Shown here: piece by piece, positions 25,201 to 36,500 of the stretch
Layout: each line of letters starts with the position of its first letter
How positions within the stretch are numbered: position 1 is the stretch's first letter
Source: Auanema rhodensis
Taxonomy: Eukaryota > Animalia > Nematoda
Length of the DNA stretch: 64,000 bases
Assembly (NCBI GenBank): GCA_964057225.1
Contig: OZ059898.1
Coordinates: forward strand, 15,996,001 to 16,060,000
Reading direction: 5' to 3'
Program-made: the position numbers and the translations under genes
The notes under the pieces: generated by a model
The model's database searches: none
The model's input: the letters and a program-made list of their open reading frames with translations, nothing else
What the model was told of the DNA's origin: nothing

Positions 25201-25639
25201 TGGACTATGTATCCAAGAGTTATTCCAGAGGAATAGTTGTAGTATTACACGTTCGACGTGATACAGGAGTTAATACCGTTTAGGAGTATTAACGGAGGCT
25301 GATACTCGAAGAGAGTATTATCAGGGTTGAACTTCGCAGATTTGAGTTTAAAAGGTTTATTAAATAAAGATGGTACAGTGGTAGAAAAGTTAGATTCGAA
25401 AGTGAAGGTTTCTTGGGTTTATATATGATTTAGCTTAAGGGTGATATTTGATATTTGAATAGAAAGGTCACGTTAATGTAAACTATAGAGGTGATAAAAG
25501 TTCAACATTCTTTGAGAATGTTGCGCAATAGGTTAATGATACAATTATTCGGTTAATAGATAATGGTTTAGTATTTCAGAAGAGTTATGTTTATATTGTA
25601 AATCATTATATTTTGTTAATAGTCAGGCATTTGCCGACA
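25201..25639 (-). repeat. 3' LTR of the BEL/Pao dimer
   Basis: Direct repeat of 33107-33545 and 41013-41451. Confidence 0.95.
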
Positions 25640-28600
25640 TTGCCGGGCGAGGGTTGCGCTTTGAATTTTTCAAACAGCAATAAGAGAGGATAGCTGGTAG
25701 AAGGAAAGGAGCGAGAAAGGAGAGGGCTGTGTATAAGATATATGAACATGCTGTGCCTGCAGCTACGACGGGTACGATCCATTTCCAATTATTCTGGATC
25801 ACTTCTATTAGAGGTTCCAAGTTGGGGAGATTCCAAGAGAGTCCAGATGTTCCATTATGTAGTTTGATCAGTTCTTCTGAAATTGTAGTGTCACTTATGT
25901 AGTGTAATCTGGTACTTAGCTGGATAAATTGCTTTGTTGCTCTTCCGCATGTTAGAGTACAATTTTCTTGTACTTTGGGTTCATTGAAGTATAGTTTTAT
26001 CGTTGTGGCGGGATTTTTGTCGGAGCATCGAATTATAGTAGAAAAGGAATCGCAGTTCAGTATTGCATTTAACTCGTCCTTTGTTTCACATGTCATGTTT
26101 AGCGTTGTTCCTTCTCTGCATTTATAACATCCTGTTATCATTTGAAAATCTGAAAAACAAGGATGTCTATTAGTGTATAGACTTTCGATGCTAAATTGCG
26201 GGTTTTGCATTGTGAGCGTTGATTCTTCCATTTTTGATAGAACTGTTATAGTTCCTGCTTCTTTTGTTATCCTATAATTCGTATTAATTTTTGGAAGCTC
26301 ATATTTTTTCAGTTCTCTTTGCGTCGCTGAATCGCAATTGCAAGAGAGCTGTGCTGCGGCCCCCAAACATGGGCAAGGCTTTCTTATGTGGCATGCATTA
26401 AACTTATCTGCCGCCATTCTTGCATTGCTGCATATAACAGCTGGTTTTATTTGCTCCGTTATCATGTAGTTGTTCGTCTCAGATGTTAAAAAAATTTTGT
26501 TGTACAGTTCCGTTGTTGCTTTTGCTGTGACTGACGAAATCTGTAATGATATTCCGTGAAACTCGTATTTTCGGTAGGGCTGTAGCAAAATGTCGTATTT
26601 TTGAGTGTTGTTGAGGTATATGATCGTTAATTTTGCTTGCACTTCTTGCTTCCATTGTATGCATTTGATCTCTTCGTATACTTCTTTGTTCTCTGGTTGA
26701 TAAGTTGGTCTAAATAAAATGCATCCTTCTATAGGAAGTCCACAGCTGTTGAATAGTCCTCCTCCGGCTCTGGTGCAGTAGGTTCTTCCAGGATTTTCGT
26801 ATGCAGAATATAGTTCGGATACAAATGTATCCTGTCGAATATCATCGCATCCGGTGCCCCAGGGGCAATGAGTTGTACCGGCGCATCTATGAGAGGAGTG
26901 AATGGTTAGGTTAGTTATTCTAGTGAATCCTTGCGAAACTTTTTGGCATGAAAATTTATGTTGAATTAGTTGAATTTCTAGTTTTCCTATAGTGGAGTTT
27001 TGATATTTGATGTAGGAGCAGAGAGAGTTTTGTAAGGGATTGAATGAAATTTCTTCGTTGGTTATTTTGGTGCAGTTTTGTATATCGTCGCAAAAGATTT
27101 CTATGTTTTTATGAGCGTGGGGGGATCCACAAGCTTGCGCCTGGCATATGAGAAAAAAGAGTGTGAATAGGAGGGAAGGGATGTACGAAATGGTGGGCTC
27201 GTTCTGTCGGCGGTATGTTCTTAGTCTTCTGTAGATTAGACCACAGCTAATGAATAAAAGAGCGCAGCCAATTAATGGCGTAAGTACTATAAGAATAGCT
27301 AAGATTGGATTACAGTGAGGATTGCCTATGATATGTAGGATGAATGGCGGTGGGAAGTCACATGGGTGAGGAAGTTTGCATGTTTGATTCTGAGTTGACT
27401 CCAAGTTGAAGCGTGAAACGGATGCTGTTTTTGGTAAAACTGAAATAGGTAGTGGGATTATTTCGGATTGGTGTGCAGAGAGATTATGGCAGCTGGAGTC
27501 GATGCATATTGTTGAGTGGTTTGGTTGTGCTGGAAATACCACTTGTGATGTTGAACACCTGATTATCGGTTGGGTCATAGCAACTGAAAATATTTGTATT
27601 AGCATCAGAAAACGAAAAATGTTCCTTAGCCGGTTCGGATTGGTTGGTGTGTGTGAAAGATGATTGACAGTTATTTCCTGTGATTCTCTTCCTTTGTCGA
27701 AATTGTCCTTGAGCTCGAGTGGGTAGAGTTTTTCAACTGGTTTCGTGAGTTCTTTGCCGTTTCCTAATTTAATTCTTGCGGATCTGAATATGTTATCCGA
27801 AGACGGTAGTAGGGCAGTAATGCGTGCCATTTGCCAGTTGCATCTGTTCAGGTTATCTTCTTCCACAAGGACCACCTCATTTAGCGTTGGGTGGTTAGAA
27901 CTTCTGTGCGTTTGTTTTGTGGATGCGTGGGCATTACGGAGACATAGAAGATATTCCTTGGACCACCGATCCCAGAATGATTCTGCTATAATTTCCACTT
28001 TCTGCAGATTTTCAAATGCTTCTTTATTCGTTTGTATTGGGTTTGGTTCATCCAAGGCTTGTCCCAATTGTTCTACGTTACCTCCTGGTACGAGAACGGG
28101 GCTGCCGTTATTCAAGAAATCTGCTGGTGTCAGGGGTCGGTCGTCTACATTATCTGAATTTGTATAGGTGATCGGTCTGGAATTTATTATTCCTTCGATC
28201 TTTATAATTGCCGTCGTTAGTTGGTCTTTGTTGACCAATTTAAGCTGCAATGATTTGTAGAGCGAAGTTTTTACTATCGCAACCAGTCGCTCCCATACTC
28301 CTCCAGTCCATGGGGCACTGGGAGTGTTAAAAATCCATGTAATGTGGTGTTTTTGTAAAAATTTTGTGAAACTTGTTCTATGTTCACTATCATAAGTTTC
28401 TAACATGTTAAGTATCTTAGCCGAGTGAACAAAATTGCTCCCATTGTCCGAACGGATAACGTCCGGTAATCCTCTGCGAGCTACGAATCTTATAAATGCA
28501 TTGAGGAATGTATTAGAGGTCATGTCGTTAATTGGTTCGAGGTGAACTGCCCGAACCGTTAGACATGTAAAGATTACTATATATATTTGTTCACTTTTTC

Positions 28601-31600
28601 TATATTTAATGGGTCCGATACAGTCTAGCCCCGTATGCTTAAATGGCATAGCTTTTGTAATTCGATCTTCTGGCAGAGGTGCCAGAAAATCTGTGGTGAA
28701 TGGGCGACTGAGTATTTTTTGACACGGGACGCACTTTTTTATAATTGATTTGCATACCTGCCTTGTTCCTGCCATGAAGAATTTTTGAAGAAATAGGCTG
28801 ATCATATGTGTAGTTCCCAGGTGTGCATTTTCTTTATGTATGGAAAGCAAAATTAGTTTACCTAAATCAGATTTTTTGGGTAGTAAAAAGGGGTACTTTG
28901 TGGATGCAGGCAATTTGGCGTTTAGCAAACGTGTTTGAATTATACGTAATCCGTTGTTATCCTTGGTGGTGCGAAATTGCTTTATTTCCGATTGTTTTAA
29001 TTTTTTCTGGGCCTCTTGTATGAGAAAGAGATCTGCGGTTTGGGATTGCTGCTTTTCCTTTTGCGCTCGTTGTAGCATGGTTGATGTTGGAGTTTTGTTT
29101 ATTTTCTGCAATAGTACTAGCGCGGCTTTAAATACCAAACCTGTGGTCCGTTGTAGTTTGGAGTACGAACTAAATCTTCCTGGTTGTATTATTGACTCGT
29201 ATGGTTGAATATCAGTAGATACGGGTAGAATGAGCATGGGGGGTTCGTCTTCGTCTATTGGAGTGGTGAGTTCCTTTATTGGTCTGTTGTCCATTTGTGA
29301 TAGCCATGGTGGAGAAAACAACCAGCGTTCCTTTAACAGATTTTGGTCTGTTGTCCCTCTAGTTCCAATGTCTGCTGGATTATGGTCGGTATCAACATAG
29401 TGGAAGTGTAGTGAAGCTTTTTGAGCTTCCAACCTTCTTCCTATTTCTTCAATGTTTTGCCGCATATTACTGATAAAAACGGGGACACTTTTTTTCGTTA
29501 TAAGCCAAGATAGAGCTATTTGGCTATCTGACGCAATGTTAATTGCCAGATTCGGCTCGTTCAAATTATTGTATACTGTTTCCGCGATTTTCATTCCCAT
29601 AAAAATTGCGGATAGTTCTAAGCGCGGGATGGTCAAAGTCCTATTTTTGGGGGCTAATTTTACTTTCCCCATTATGATTGGAGCTCTTTCTGTGCTGGTA
29701 GTTAAATAGGCGCATGCTGCAATAGCTTTTGTGCTTGCGTCTACAAAAACCCACAGTTCTTTCTTGTCTCTTTTGCTAGATAATTCCCGCGGAACTTCAA
29801 TGTTGAACGGCCCTATCTTTGTGCTGGCTTTGTTCCAATCGGCAACGAGATCCTCGGGGACTTGCTCCTTCCAATCGACATTGCTGTTCATTACTTGTCT
29901 TAAAATAATTTTATATGGAAGTAGGAGCGGTGCCGCTAGTCCTATGGGGTCATATATGCTGTGTAAACTACTCAACATATCTCGTTTAGTAAAGGACTGT
30001 TGCATACGCATTTGTCCTGTTAATACAAACGAATCTTTACTGGCGTTATATAGTACACCTAGTATTTTGGGATTTTTATCTGGGTGGTGATCTATCGCCG
30101 GAATTTCGTTGTTAAAATGGGATGAGTTACTAAAGTATTCTCTAACATTCATCGAAATTTGAGAGAATATTTTCTTTGAATCTTTATATAAATCGGTTAG
30201 TTCTTTTTGATCATTGGTTGTATAAAAAATATTATCTACATAAAGATATCTTAGGGTTTTTTCTACAAATGGTGAGGTGTGGCTATTCAAATACGCGTGT
30301 AACGACATGTTTAGTACAGCGGGGCTTGCCGTAATGCCAAAAGCTAACCTATTAAATCGAAATTCTATTATATTGTTTGGTGTAGGCGGCTTATTGACAT
30401 CTTTCAACCAAAGAAAGCGACAGAGATCTTTACAATCATTAGCTATGCGTATTTGTGTGAAAGCACCTTCAATATCACACATCAGAAAATACGATTTGGT
30501 ACGAATACCTATCAAGATATCGAGAATTTTGTTGGTGAAGCTCTCACCTGTTGAGGTTATGTCATTTAGAGAGAGTTGTCCTTTTTGTTTAGCAGATGCG
30601 TTAAAGACTATGCGAAGAGGCTTGGTTTTTTGGGGTTTCCACACACCGCGATGTGGCATATAATAAGTTCTGGTCGCCTCAACATCTGCCGGGACTAACT
30701 CTATTACGTTTTCTTTTAAATATTGTGAGAACGTTTCTTGATAGTATTTTTGTTGATTGGGGTCTTTTTGTAAGGATATTTGAAGACGATTAAGTGTTGC
30801 CAAAGCAAGATTACGGTTAGATTGAATATTTATGGCGTTTTTCTTTAGTGGGAGAGGGGCGGTTATGTAGCCGTTATCAAACGTAAGTAAAGTAGAATAT
30901 TCGTTATAGAATAGTTCTGATTTGTTCAAAGCTCCTTCATGTGGAGCAATGCCCAAACTATCTATTTCGAATAATTGTTTAATCATAACTTCCTCCGGTA
31001 TTTGAGGGTTTATGATTAAGGAATGGACGGCTATGGATTCATGGGTATTATTTGTTTTTCCATAAATACAGGGACCAAAGTGGGTGTGTTTAATTTTTAG
31101 ACCCGATGGTAATGAAATGGATGGCTCTTCAGTTATTACTGAATCATACCAATCCATACCTAACAAAATGTCGGGTGAGAATGTTTCCCCATTAATGAAT
31201 TGATTGGTGACGGAAATTTTGGTTTTTTCAAGAAATTCTCTATCCCGGATTTGTAGAGAACAGCATTTTAGGTTTCCGGTGAGTGGTTTTGGGGATGTCA
31301 GCAAAATTAGTTTAATTATTTTTCCATATGGGGTTTGCAAAATAGCTTCGACTGTTTTTGTTTCAAAAGTTTCTTTATTGCCCGAAAATCCGGTTGCTGT
31401 AATGTTTTGTGTTGCTAAGGTATTCAAGTTGCATGTCTCAGCTGTCTTTTGATGGATGAAGCTTTGAGTTGCTCCGGGGTCAAGAAATATGGTTTTAGTA
31501 TGATAAGTGTTTGTTAAAGGATTTAAGAGAGAGATTTGAGAAGTCATGAGGTAAGCGGGAGAAGGATGGAAAGATTTAGATATAGTGGTGCAATTCATGG

Positions 31601-32840
31601 ACGGTTTAGTAATTTTGATGGTTGGCTTAGGTAGGCATAAAGTATAATTATGCTCTTTTTTGCAGTTTCGGCAACTTTCGAATTTGCACTTACTGCTTGA
31701 GTGTGTTGGACTAAAGCAAATCCAACACCTATTTTTTCTCTTTATAATCTCTCTTCGTTCTTGGGGGGTGGTTATCGTGGGGCATTTTGTAGGGCGATGA
31801 CCCTGCTTATCGCAAAAAACGCAGGGTCGTTCTGATTTTTCTGAGGATTTGATGGGTTTTGAGAAAAAAGGCTGAGTTTGGTCTCGATACTGAGGTTCGG
31901 ATCGTTCTCGTCTTAAATAAGCCGAGGTTTCCTTTGAGTATGCTATACCCTCTATGTCCTTCAGAATTTGACTTATAGTATTTTCGCCGGGCGATCGCCA
32001 ACAGCGCATATCTATAATTTCTTCAGGAAATTTCTCAGATATCTCTGTGACCCAAGCTGGGTCTTCAGTATTGTATATATATTGAGATCTTGCTCTGTCG
32101 AGTTGGTCGAGCAAAGCTCGAATCTCATTAACTCGGGATCTCAAAGAGGTGGGGTCGGATTTTGCGACAGGTAATCTCCTGATATTACGGTATATGCGAA
32201 AGTCAACCGCTAATATCGGTTGATATGTGTTTTGTAAGGTTTCGATTATTTGGTGATAAAATTCGCCGTTTAAAGGCTTATTCTCGAGATGAACCCTGGC
32301 AGGTCCTTGTAGGGCTTCTGCCAAAAAAATGTTTTTCTGTTGTATATTTAGGCTAGGTTCATTGTGAATGAGGGTTTTGAATTGGTTCCAGAAGAGTGGA
32401 AATGTTAAGGAGTCTCCGTTAAATGTGGGAATCGAAAGTTGAGGTGTTTTAACGGAGAGACCAAAGCTAGTTCGCGTTGGTCTTTTATTCCGATCCGACT
32501 CTTGGTCGTCTTCGGAATCGGGGAGGGGTTGTTTTTTAGCTGTTTTGGTTTCTAGTTCCAAAATCAGGATGTTCGCTCTTGTTACTGTGTCAGCATGAAG
32601 CGTGGTTACCTCGTTTATTCTTCTGTTCAATTCAGAAAACGTAGGTTCGGGGAGAAGAGAAGCAAGAGTAGCGAGAGATGATTCTTCAGACCTAAGTTGT
32701 GTGAGAGATGTGTGTAGGCGTAGAAGCGAAATGTTTTCTTGGTTCTCAGTTTTAGTTTTTATGAGTAGTTTGGCTAGTTGCTCAAATTTGTCTGCGAAAT
32801 TGTGGAGTTTTTCATTGAAAACTTCTTCAGTACGGTCCAT
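25623..32840 (-). CDS. Gag-Pol-Env polyprotein (2405 aa), BEL/Pao, copy 1
   Basis: BEL Gag motif PTFNGDSLTFPLFW; three Zn knuckles (CVFCDKQGHRPTKC, CWICFSPTHSSSKC, CRNCKKEHNYTLC); protease LDPGATQSF; RT PLRIVFNAS, DIEGAF, YVDN; RNase H FVDAS, TIPRLEL, NPADIGTRG; integrase H-H-C-C plus LDCIGP, SDNGSNF, GGVWERLV; FWDRWSKEYL; C-terminal Cys-rich glycoprotein with signal and TM segments (about 27625-25623). The stop codon lies inside the 3' LTR. Confidence 0.97.
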   Translation of the reverse strand: MDRTEEVFNEKLHNFADKFEQLAKLLIKTKTENQENISLLRLHTSLTQLRSEESSLATLASLLPEPTFSELNRRINEVTTLHADTVTRANILILELETKTAKKQPLPDSEDDQESDRNKRPTRTSFGLSVKTPQLSIPTFNGDSLTFPLFWNQFKTLIHNEPSLNIQQKNIFLAEALQGPARVHLENKPLNGEFYHQIIETLQNTYQPILAVDFRIYRNIRRLPVAKSDPTSLRSRVNEIRALLDQLDRARSQYIYNTEDPAWVTEISEKFPEEIIDMRCWRSPGENTISQILKDIEGIAYSKETSAYLRRERSEPQYRDQTQPFFSKPIKSSEKSERPCVFCDKQGHRPTKCPTITTPQERREIIKRKNRCWICFSPTHSSSKCKFESCRNCKKEHNYTLCLPKPTIKITKPSMNCTTISKSFHPSPAYLMTSQISLLNPLTNTYHTKTIFLDPGATQSFIHQKTAETCNLNTLATQNITATGFSGNKETFETKTVEAILQTPYGKIIKLILLTSPKPLTGNLKCCSLQIRDREFLEKTKISVTNQFINGETFSPDILLGMDWYDSVITEEPSISLPSGLKIKHTHFGPCIYGKTNNTHESIAVHSLIINPQIPEEVMIKQLFEIDSLGIAPHEGALNKSELFYNEYSTLLTFDNGYITAPLPLKKNAINIQSNRNLALATLNRLQISLQKDPNQQKYYQETFSQYLKENVIELVPADVEATRTYYMPHRGVWKPQKTKPLRIVFNASAKQKGQLSLNDITSTGESFTNKILDILIGIRTKSYFLMCDIEGAFTQIRIANDCKDLCRFLWLKDVNKPPTPNNIIEFRFNRLAFGITASPAVLNMSLHAYLNSHTSPFVEKTLRYLYVDNIFYTTNDQKELTDLYKDSKKIFSQISMNVREYFSNSSHFNNEIPAIDHHPDKNPKILGVLYNASKDSFVLTGQMRMQQSFTKRDMLSSLHSIYDPIGLAAPLLLPYKIILRQVMNSNVDWKEQVPEDLVADWNKASTKIGPFNIEVPRELSSKRDKKELWVFVDASTKAIAACAYLTTSTERAPIIMGKVKLAPKNRTLTIPRLELSAIFMGMKIAETVYNNLNEPNLAINIASDSQIALSWLITKKSVPVFISNMRQNIEEIGRRLEAQKASLHFHYVDTDHNPADIGTRGTTDQNLLKERWLFSPPWLSQMDNRPIKELTTPIDEDEPPMLILPVSTDIQPYESIIQPGRFSSYSKLQRTTGLVFKAALVLLQKINKTPTSTMLQRAQKEKQQSQTADLFLIQEAQKKLKQSEIKQFRTTKDNNGLRIIQTRLLNAKLPASTKYPFLLPKKSDLGKLILLSIHKENAHLGTTHMISLFLQKFFMAGTRQVCKSIIKKCVPCQKILSRPFTTDFLAPLPEDRITKAMPFKHTGLDCIGPIKYRKSEQIYIVIFTCLTVRAVHLEPINDMTSNTFLNAFIRFVARRGLPDVIRSDNGSNFVHSAKILNMLETYDSEHRTSFTKFLQKHHITWIFNTPSAPWTGGVWERLVAIVKTSLYKSLQLKLVNKDQLTTAIIKIEGIINSRPITYTNSDNVDDRPLTPADFLNNGSPVLVPGGNVEQLGQALDEPNPIQTNKEAFENLQKVEIIAESFWDRWSKEYLLCLRNAHASTKQTHRSSNHPTLNEVVLVEEDNLNRCNWQMARITALLPSSDNIFRSARIKLGNGKELTKPVEKLYPLELKDNFDKGRESQEITVNHLSHTPTNPNRLRNIFRFLMLIQIFSVAMTQPIIRCSTSQVVFPAQPNHSTICIDSSCHNLSAHQSEIIPLPISVLPKTASVSRFNLESTQNQTCKLPHPCDFPPPFILHIIGNPHCNPILAILIVLTPLIGCALLFISCGLIYRRLRTYRRQNEPTISYIPSLLFTLFFLICQAQACGSPHAHKNIEIFCDDIQNCTKITNEEISFNPLQNSLCSYIKYQNSTIGKLEIQLIQHKFSCQKVSQGFTRITNLTIHSSHRCAGTTHCPWGTGCDDIRQDTFVSELYSAYENPGRTYCTRAGGGLFNSCGLPIEGCILFRPTYQPENKEVYEEIKCIQWKQEVQAKLTIIYLNNTQKYDILLQPYRKYEFHGISLQISSVTAKATTELYNKIFLTSETNNYMITEQIKPAVICSNARMAADKFNACHIRKPCPCLGAAAQLSCNCDSATQRELKKYELPKINTNYRITKEAGTITVLSKMEESTLTMQNPQFSIESLYTNRHPCFSDFQMITGCYKCREGTTLNMTCETKDELNAILNCDSFSTIIRCSDKNPATTIKLYFNEPKVQENCTLTCGRATKQFIQLSTRLHYISDTTISEELIKLHNGTSGLSWNLPNLEPLIEVIQNNWKWIVPVVAAGTACSYILYTALSFLAPFLLPAILSYCCLKNSKRNPRPAMSANA

Positions 32841-33090
32841 TGCTACCGTTTTTTGATTTTTTGATGCAAAATGTATGACTTTTGAATTTCTTAGTTGAAT
32901 TGTTGCAAAATGTGTTGGTAACTTTTTTGATTTTGAGATTGAGATAGAGATAGAGATTCAGATGAGATGAGATGAAGCAAAGAAGTTTAAAGAATGTGAT
33001 GATGAAGAAAAGTAAACAAAGGAACTGAGAAATAAAAAGTGAGAATAGAAAATTATACAAATAAGGTTTCTAACAATTGATACCTGATTT

Positions 33091-33103
33091 GGACGATGCA
33101 CCA
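33091..33103 (-). promoter_or_regulatory. PBS (tRNA-Gly GCC type), copy 1
   Basis: Minus strand TGGTGCATCGTCC, 3 nt from the LTR; complementary to ...CGATGCA-CCA of tRNA-Gly. Confidence 0.8.
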
Positions 33104-33106
33104 ATT

Positions 33107-33545
33107 TGGACTATGTATCCAAGAGTTATTCCAGAGGAATAGTTGTAGTATTACACGTTCGACGTGATACAGGAGTTAATACCGTTTAGGAGTATTAACG
33201 GAGGCTGATACTCGAAGAGAGTATTATCAGGGTTGAACTTCGCAGATTTGAGTTTAAAAGGTTTATTAAATAAAGATGGTACAGTGGTAGAAAAGTTAGA
33301 TTCGAAAGTGAAGGTTTCTTGGGTTTATATATGATTTAGCTTAAGGGTGATATTTGATATTTGAATAGAAAGGTCACGTTAATGTAAACTATAGAGGTGA
33401 TAAAAGTTCAACATTCTTTGAGAATGTTGCGCAATAGGTTAATGATACAATTATTCGGTTAATAGATAATGGTTTAGTATTTCAGAAGAGTTATGTTTAT
33501 ATTGTAAATCATTATATTTTGTTAATAGTCAGGCATTTGCCGACA
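33107..33545 (-). repeat. Shared middle LTR of the BEL/Pao dimer
   Basis: Followed by a PBS and preceded by the end of an ORF; no array sequence or TSD around it. Confidence 0.95.
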
Positions 33546-36500
33546 TTGCCGGGCGAGGGTTGCGCTTTGAATTTTTCAAACAGCAATAAGAGAGGATAGC
33601 TGGTAGAAGGAAAGGAGCGAGAAAGGAGAGGGCTGTGTATAAGATATATGAACATGCTGTGCCTGCAGCTACGACGGGTACGATCCATTTCCAATTATTC
33701 TGGATCACTTCTATTAGAGGTTCCAAGTTGGGGAGATTCCAAGAGAGTCCAGATGTTCCATTATGTAGTTTGATCAGTTCTTCTGAAATTGTAGTGTCAC
33801 TTATGTAGTGTAATCTGGTACTTAGCTGGATAAATTGCTTTGTTGCTCTTCCGCATGTTAGAGTACAATTTTCTTGTACTTTGGGTTCATTGAAGTATAG
33901 TTTTATCGTTGTGGCGGGATTTTTGTCGGAGCATCGAATTATAGTAGAAAAGGAATCGCAGTTCAGTATTGCATTTAACTCGTCCTTTGTTTCACATGTC
34001 ATGTTTAGCGTTGTTCCTTCTCTGCATTTATAACATCCTGTTATCATTTGAAAATCTGAAAAACAAGGATGTCTATTAGTGTATAGACTTTCGATGCTAA
34101 ATTGCGGGTTTTGCATTGTGAGCGTTGATTCTTCCATTTTTGATAGAACTGTTATAGTTCCTGCTTCTTTTGTTATCCTATAATTCGTATTAATTTTTGG
34201 AAGCTCATATTTTTTCAGTTCTCTTTGCGTCGCTGAATCGCAATTGCAAGAGAGCTGTGCTGCGGCCCCCAAACATGGGCAAGGCTTTCTTATGTGGCAT
34301 GCATTAAACTTATCTGCCGCCATTCTTGCATTGCTGCATATAACAGCTGGTTTTATTTGCTCCGTTATCATGTAGTTGTTCGTCTCAGATGTTAAAAAAA
34401 TTTTGTTGTACAGTTCCGTTGTTGCTTTTGCTGTGACTGACGAAATCTGTAATGATATTCCGTGAAACTCGTATTTTCGGTAGGGCTGTAGCAAAATGTC
34501 GTATTTTTGAGTGTTGTTGAGGTATATGATCGTTAATTTTGCTTGCACTTCTTGCTTCCATTGTATGCATTTGATCTCTTCGTATACTTCTTTGTTCTCT
34601 GGTTGATAAGTTGGTCTAAATAAAATGCATCCTTCTATAGGAAGTCCACAGCTGTTGAATAGTCCTCCTCCGGCTCTGGTGCAGTAGGTTCTTCCAGGAT
34701 TTTCGTATGCAGAATATAGTTCGGATACAAATGTATCCTGTCGAATATCATCGCATCCGGTGCCCCAGGGGCAATGAGTTGTACCGGCGCATCTATGAGA
34801 GGAGTGAATGGTTAGGTTAGTTATTCTAGTGAATCCTTGCGAAACTTTTTGGCATGAAAATTTATGTTGAATTAGTTGAATTTCTAGTTTTCCTATAGTG
34901 GAGTTTTGATATTTGATGTAGGAGCAGAGAGAGTTTTGTAAGGGATTGAATGAAATTTCTTCGTTGGTTATTTTGGTGCAGTTTTGTATATCGTCGCAAA
35001 AGATTTCTATGTTTTTATGAGCGTGGGGGGATCCACAAGCTTGCGCCTGGCATATGAGAAAAAAGAGTGTGAATAGGAGGGAAGGGATGTACGAAATGGT
35101 GGGCTCGTTCTGTCGGCGGTATGTTCTTAGTCTTCTGTAGATTAGACCACAGCTAATGAATAAAAGAGCGCAGCCAATTAATGGCGTAAGTACTATAAGA
35201 ATAGCTAAGATTGGATTACAGTGAGGATTGCCTATGATATGTAGGATGAATGGCGGTGGGAAGTCACATGGGTGAGGAAGTTTGCATGTTTGATTCTGAG
35301 TTGACTCCAAGTTGAAGCGTGAAACGGATGCTGTTTTTGGTAAAACTGAAATAGGTAGTGGGATTATTTCGGATTGGTGTGCAGAGAGATTATGGCAGCT
35401 GGAGTCGATGCATATTGTTGAGTGGTTTGGTTGTGCTGGAAATACCACTTGTGATGTTGAACACCTGATTATCGGTTGGGTCATAGCAACTGAAAATATT
35501 TGTATTAGCATCAGAAAACGAAAAATGTTCCTTAGCCGGTTCGGATTGGTTGGTGTGTGTGAAAGATGATTGACAGTTATTTCCTGTGATTCTCTTCCTT
35601 TGTCGAAATTGTCCTTGAGCTCGAGTGGGTAGAGTTTTTCAACTGGTTTCGTGAGTTCTTTGCCGTTTCCTAATTTAATTCTTGCGGATCTGAATATGTT
35701 ATCCGAAGACGGTAGTAGGGCAGTAATGCGTGCCATTTGCCAGTTGCATCTGTTCAGGTTATCTTCTTCCACAAGGACCACCTCATTTAGCGTTGGGTGG
35801 TTAGAACTTCTGTGCGTTTGTTTTGTGGATGCGTGGGCATTACGGAGACATAGAAGATATTCCTTGGACCACCGATCCCAGAATGATTCTGCTATAATTT
35901 CCACTTTCTGCAGATTTTCAAATGCTTCTTTATTCGTTTGTATTGGGTTTGGTTCATCCAAGGCTTGTCCCAATTGTTCTACGTTACCTCCTGGTACGAG
36001 AACGGGGCTGCCGTTATTCAAGAAATCTGCTGGTGTCAGGGGTCGGTCGTCTACATTATCTGAATTTGTATAGGTGATCGGTCTGGAATTTATTATTCCT
36101 TCGATCTTTATAATTGCCGTCGTTAGTTGGTCTTTGTTGACCAATTTAAGCTGCAATGATTTGTAGAGCGAAGTTTTTACTATCGCAACCAGTCGCTCCC
36201 ATACTCCTCCAGTCCATGGGGCACTGGGAGTGTTAAAAATCCATGTAATGTGGTGTTTTTGTAAAAATTTTGTGAAACTTGTTCTATGTTCACTATCATA
36301 AGTTTCTAACATGTTAAGTATCTTAGCCGAGTGAACAAAATTGCTCCCATTGTCCGAACGGATAACGTCCGGTAATCCTCTGCGAGCTACGAATCTTATA
36401 AATGCATTGAGGAATGTATTAGAGGTCATGTCGTTAATTGGTTCGAGGTGAACTGCCCGAACCGTTAGACATGTAAAGATTACTATATATATTTGTTCAC

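Noticed and set aside
32930-32975. GAGAT/GAGATA short repeats in the BEL leader (also about 40840-40880)
   Set aside because: Short low-complexity tract in an AT-rich leader; nothing supports a separate feature.
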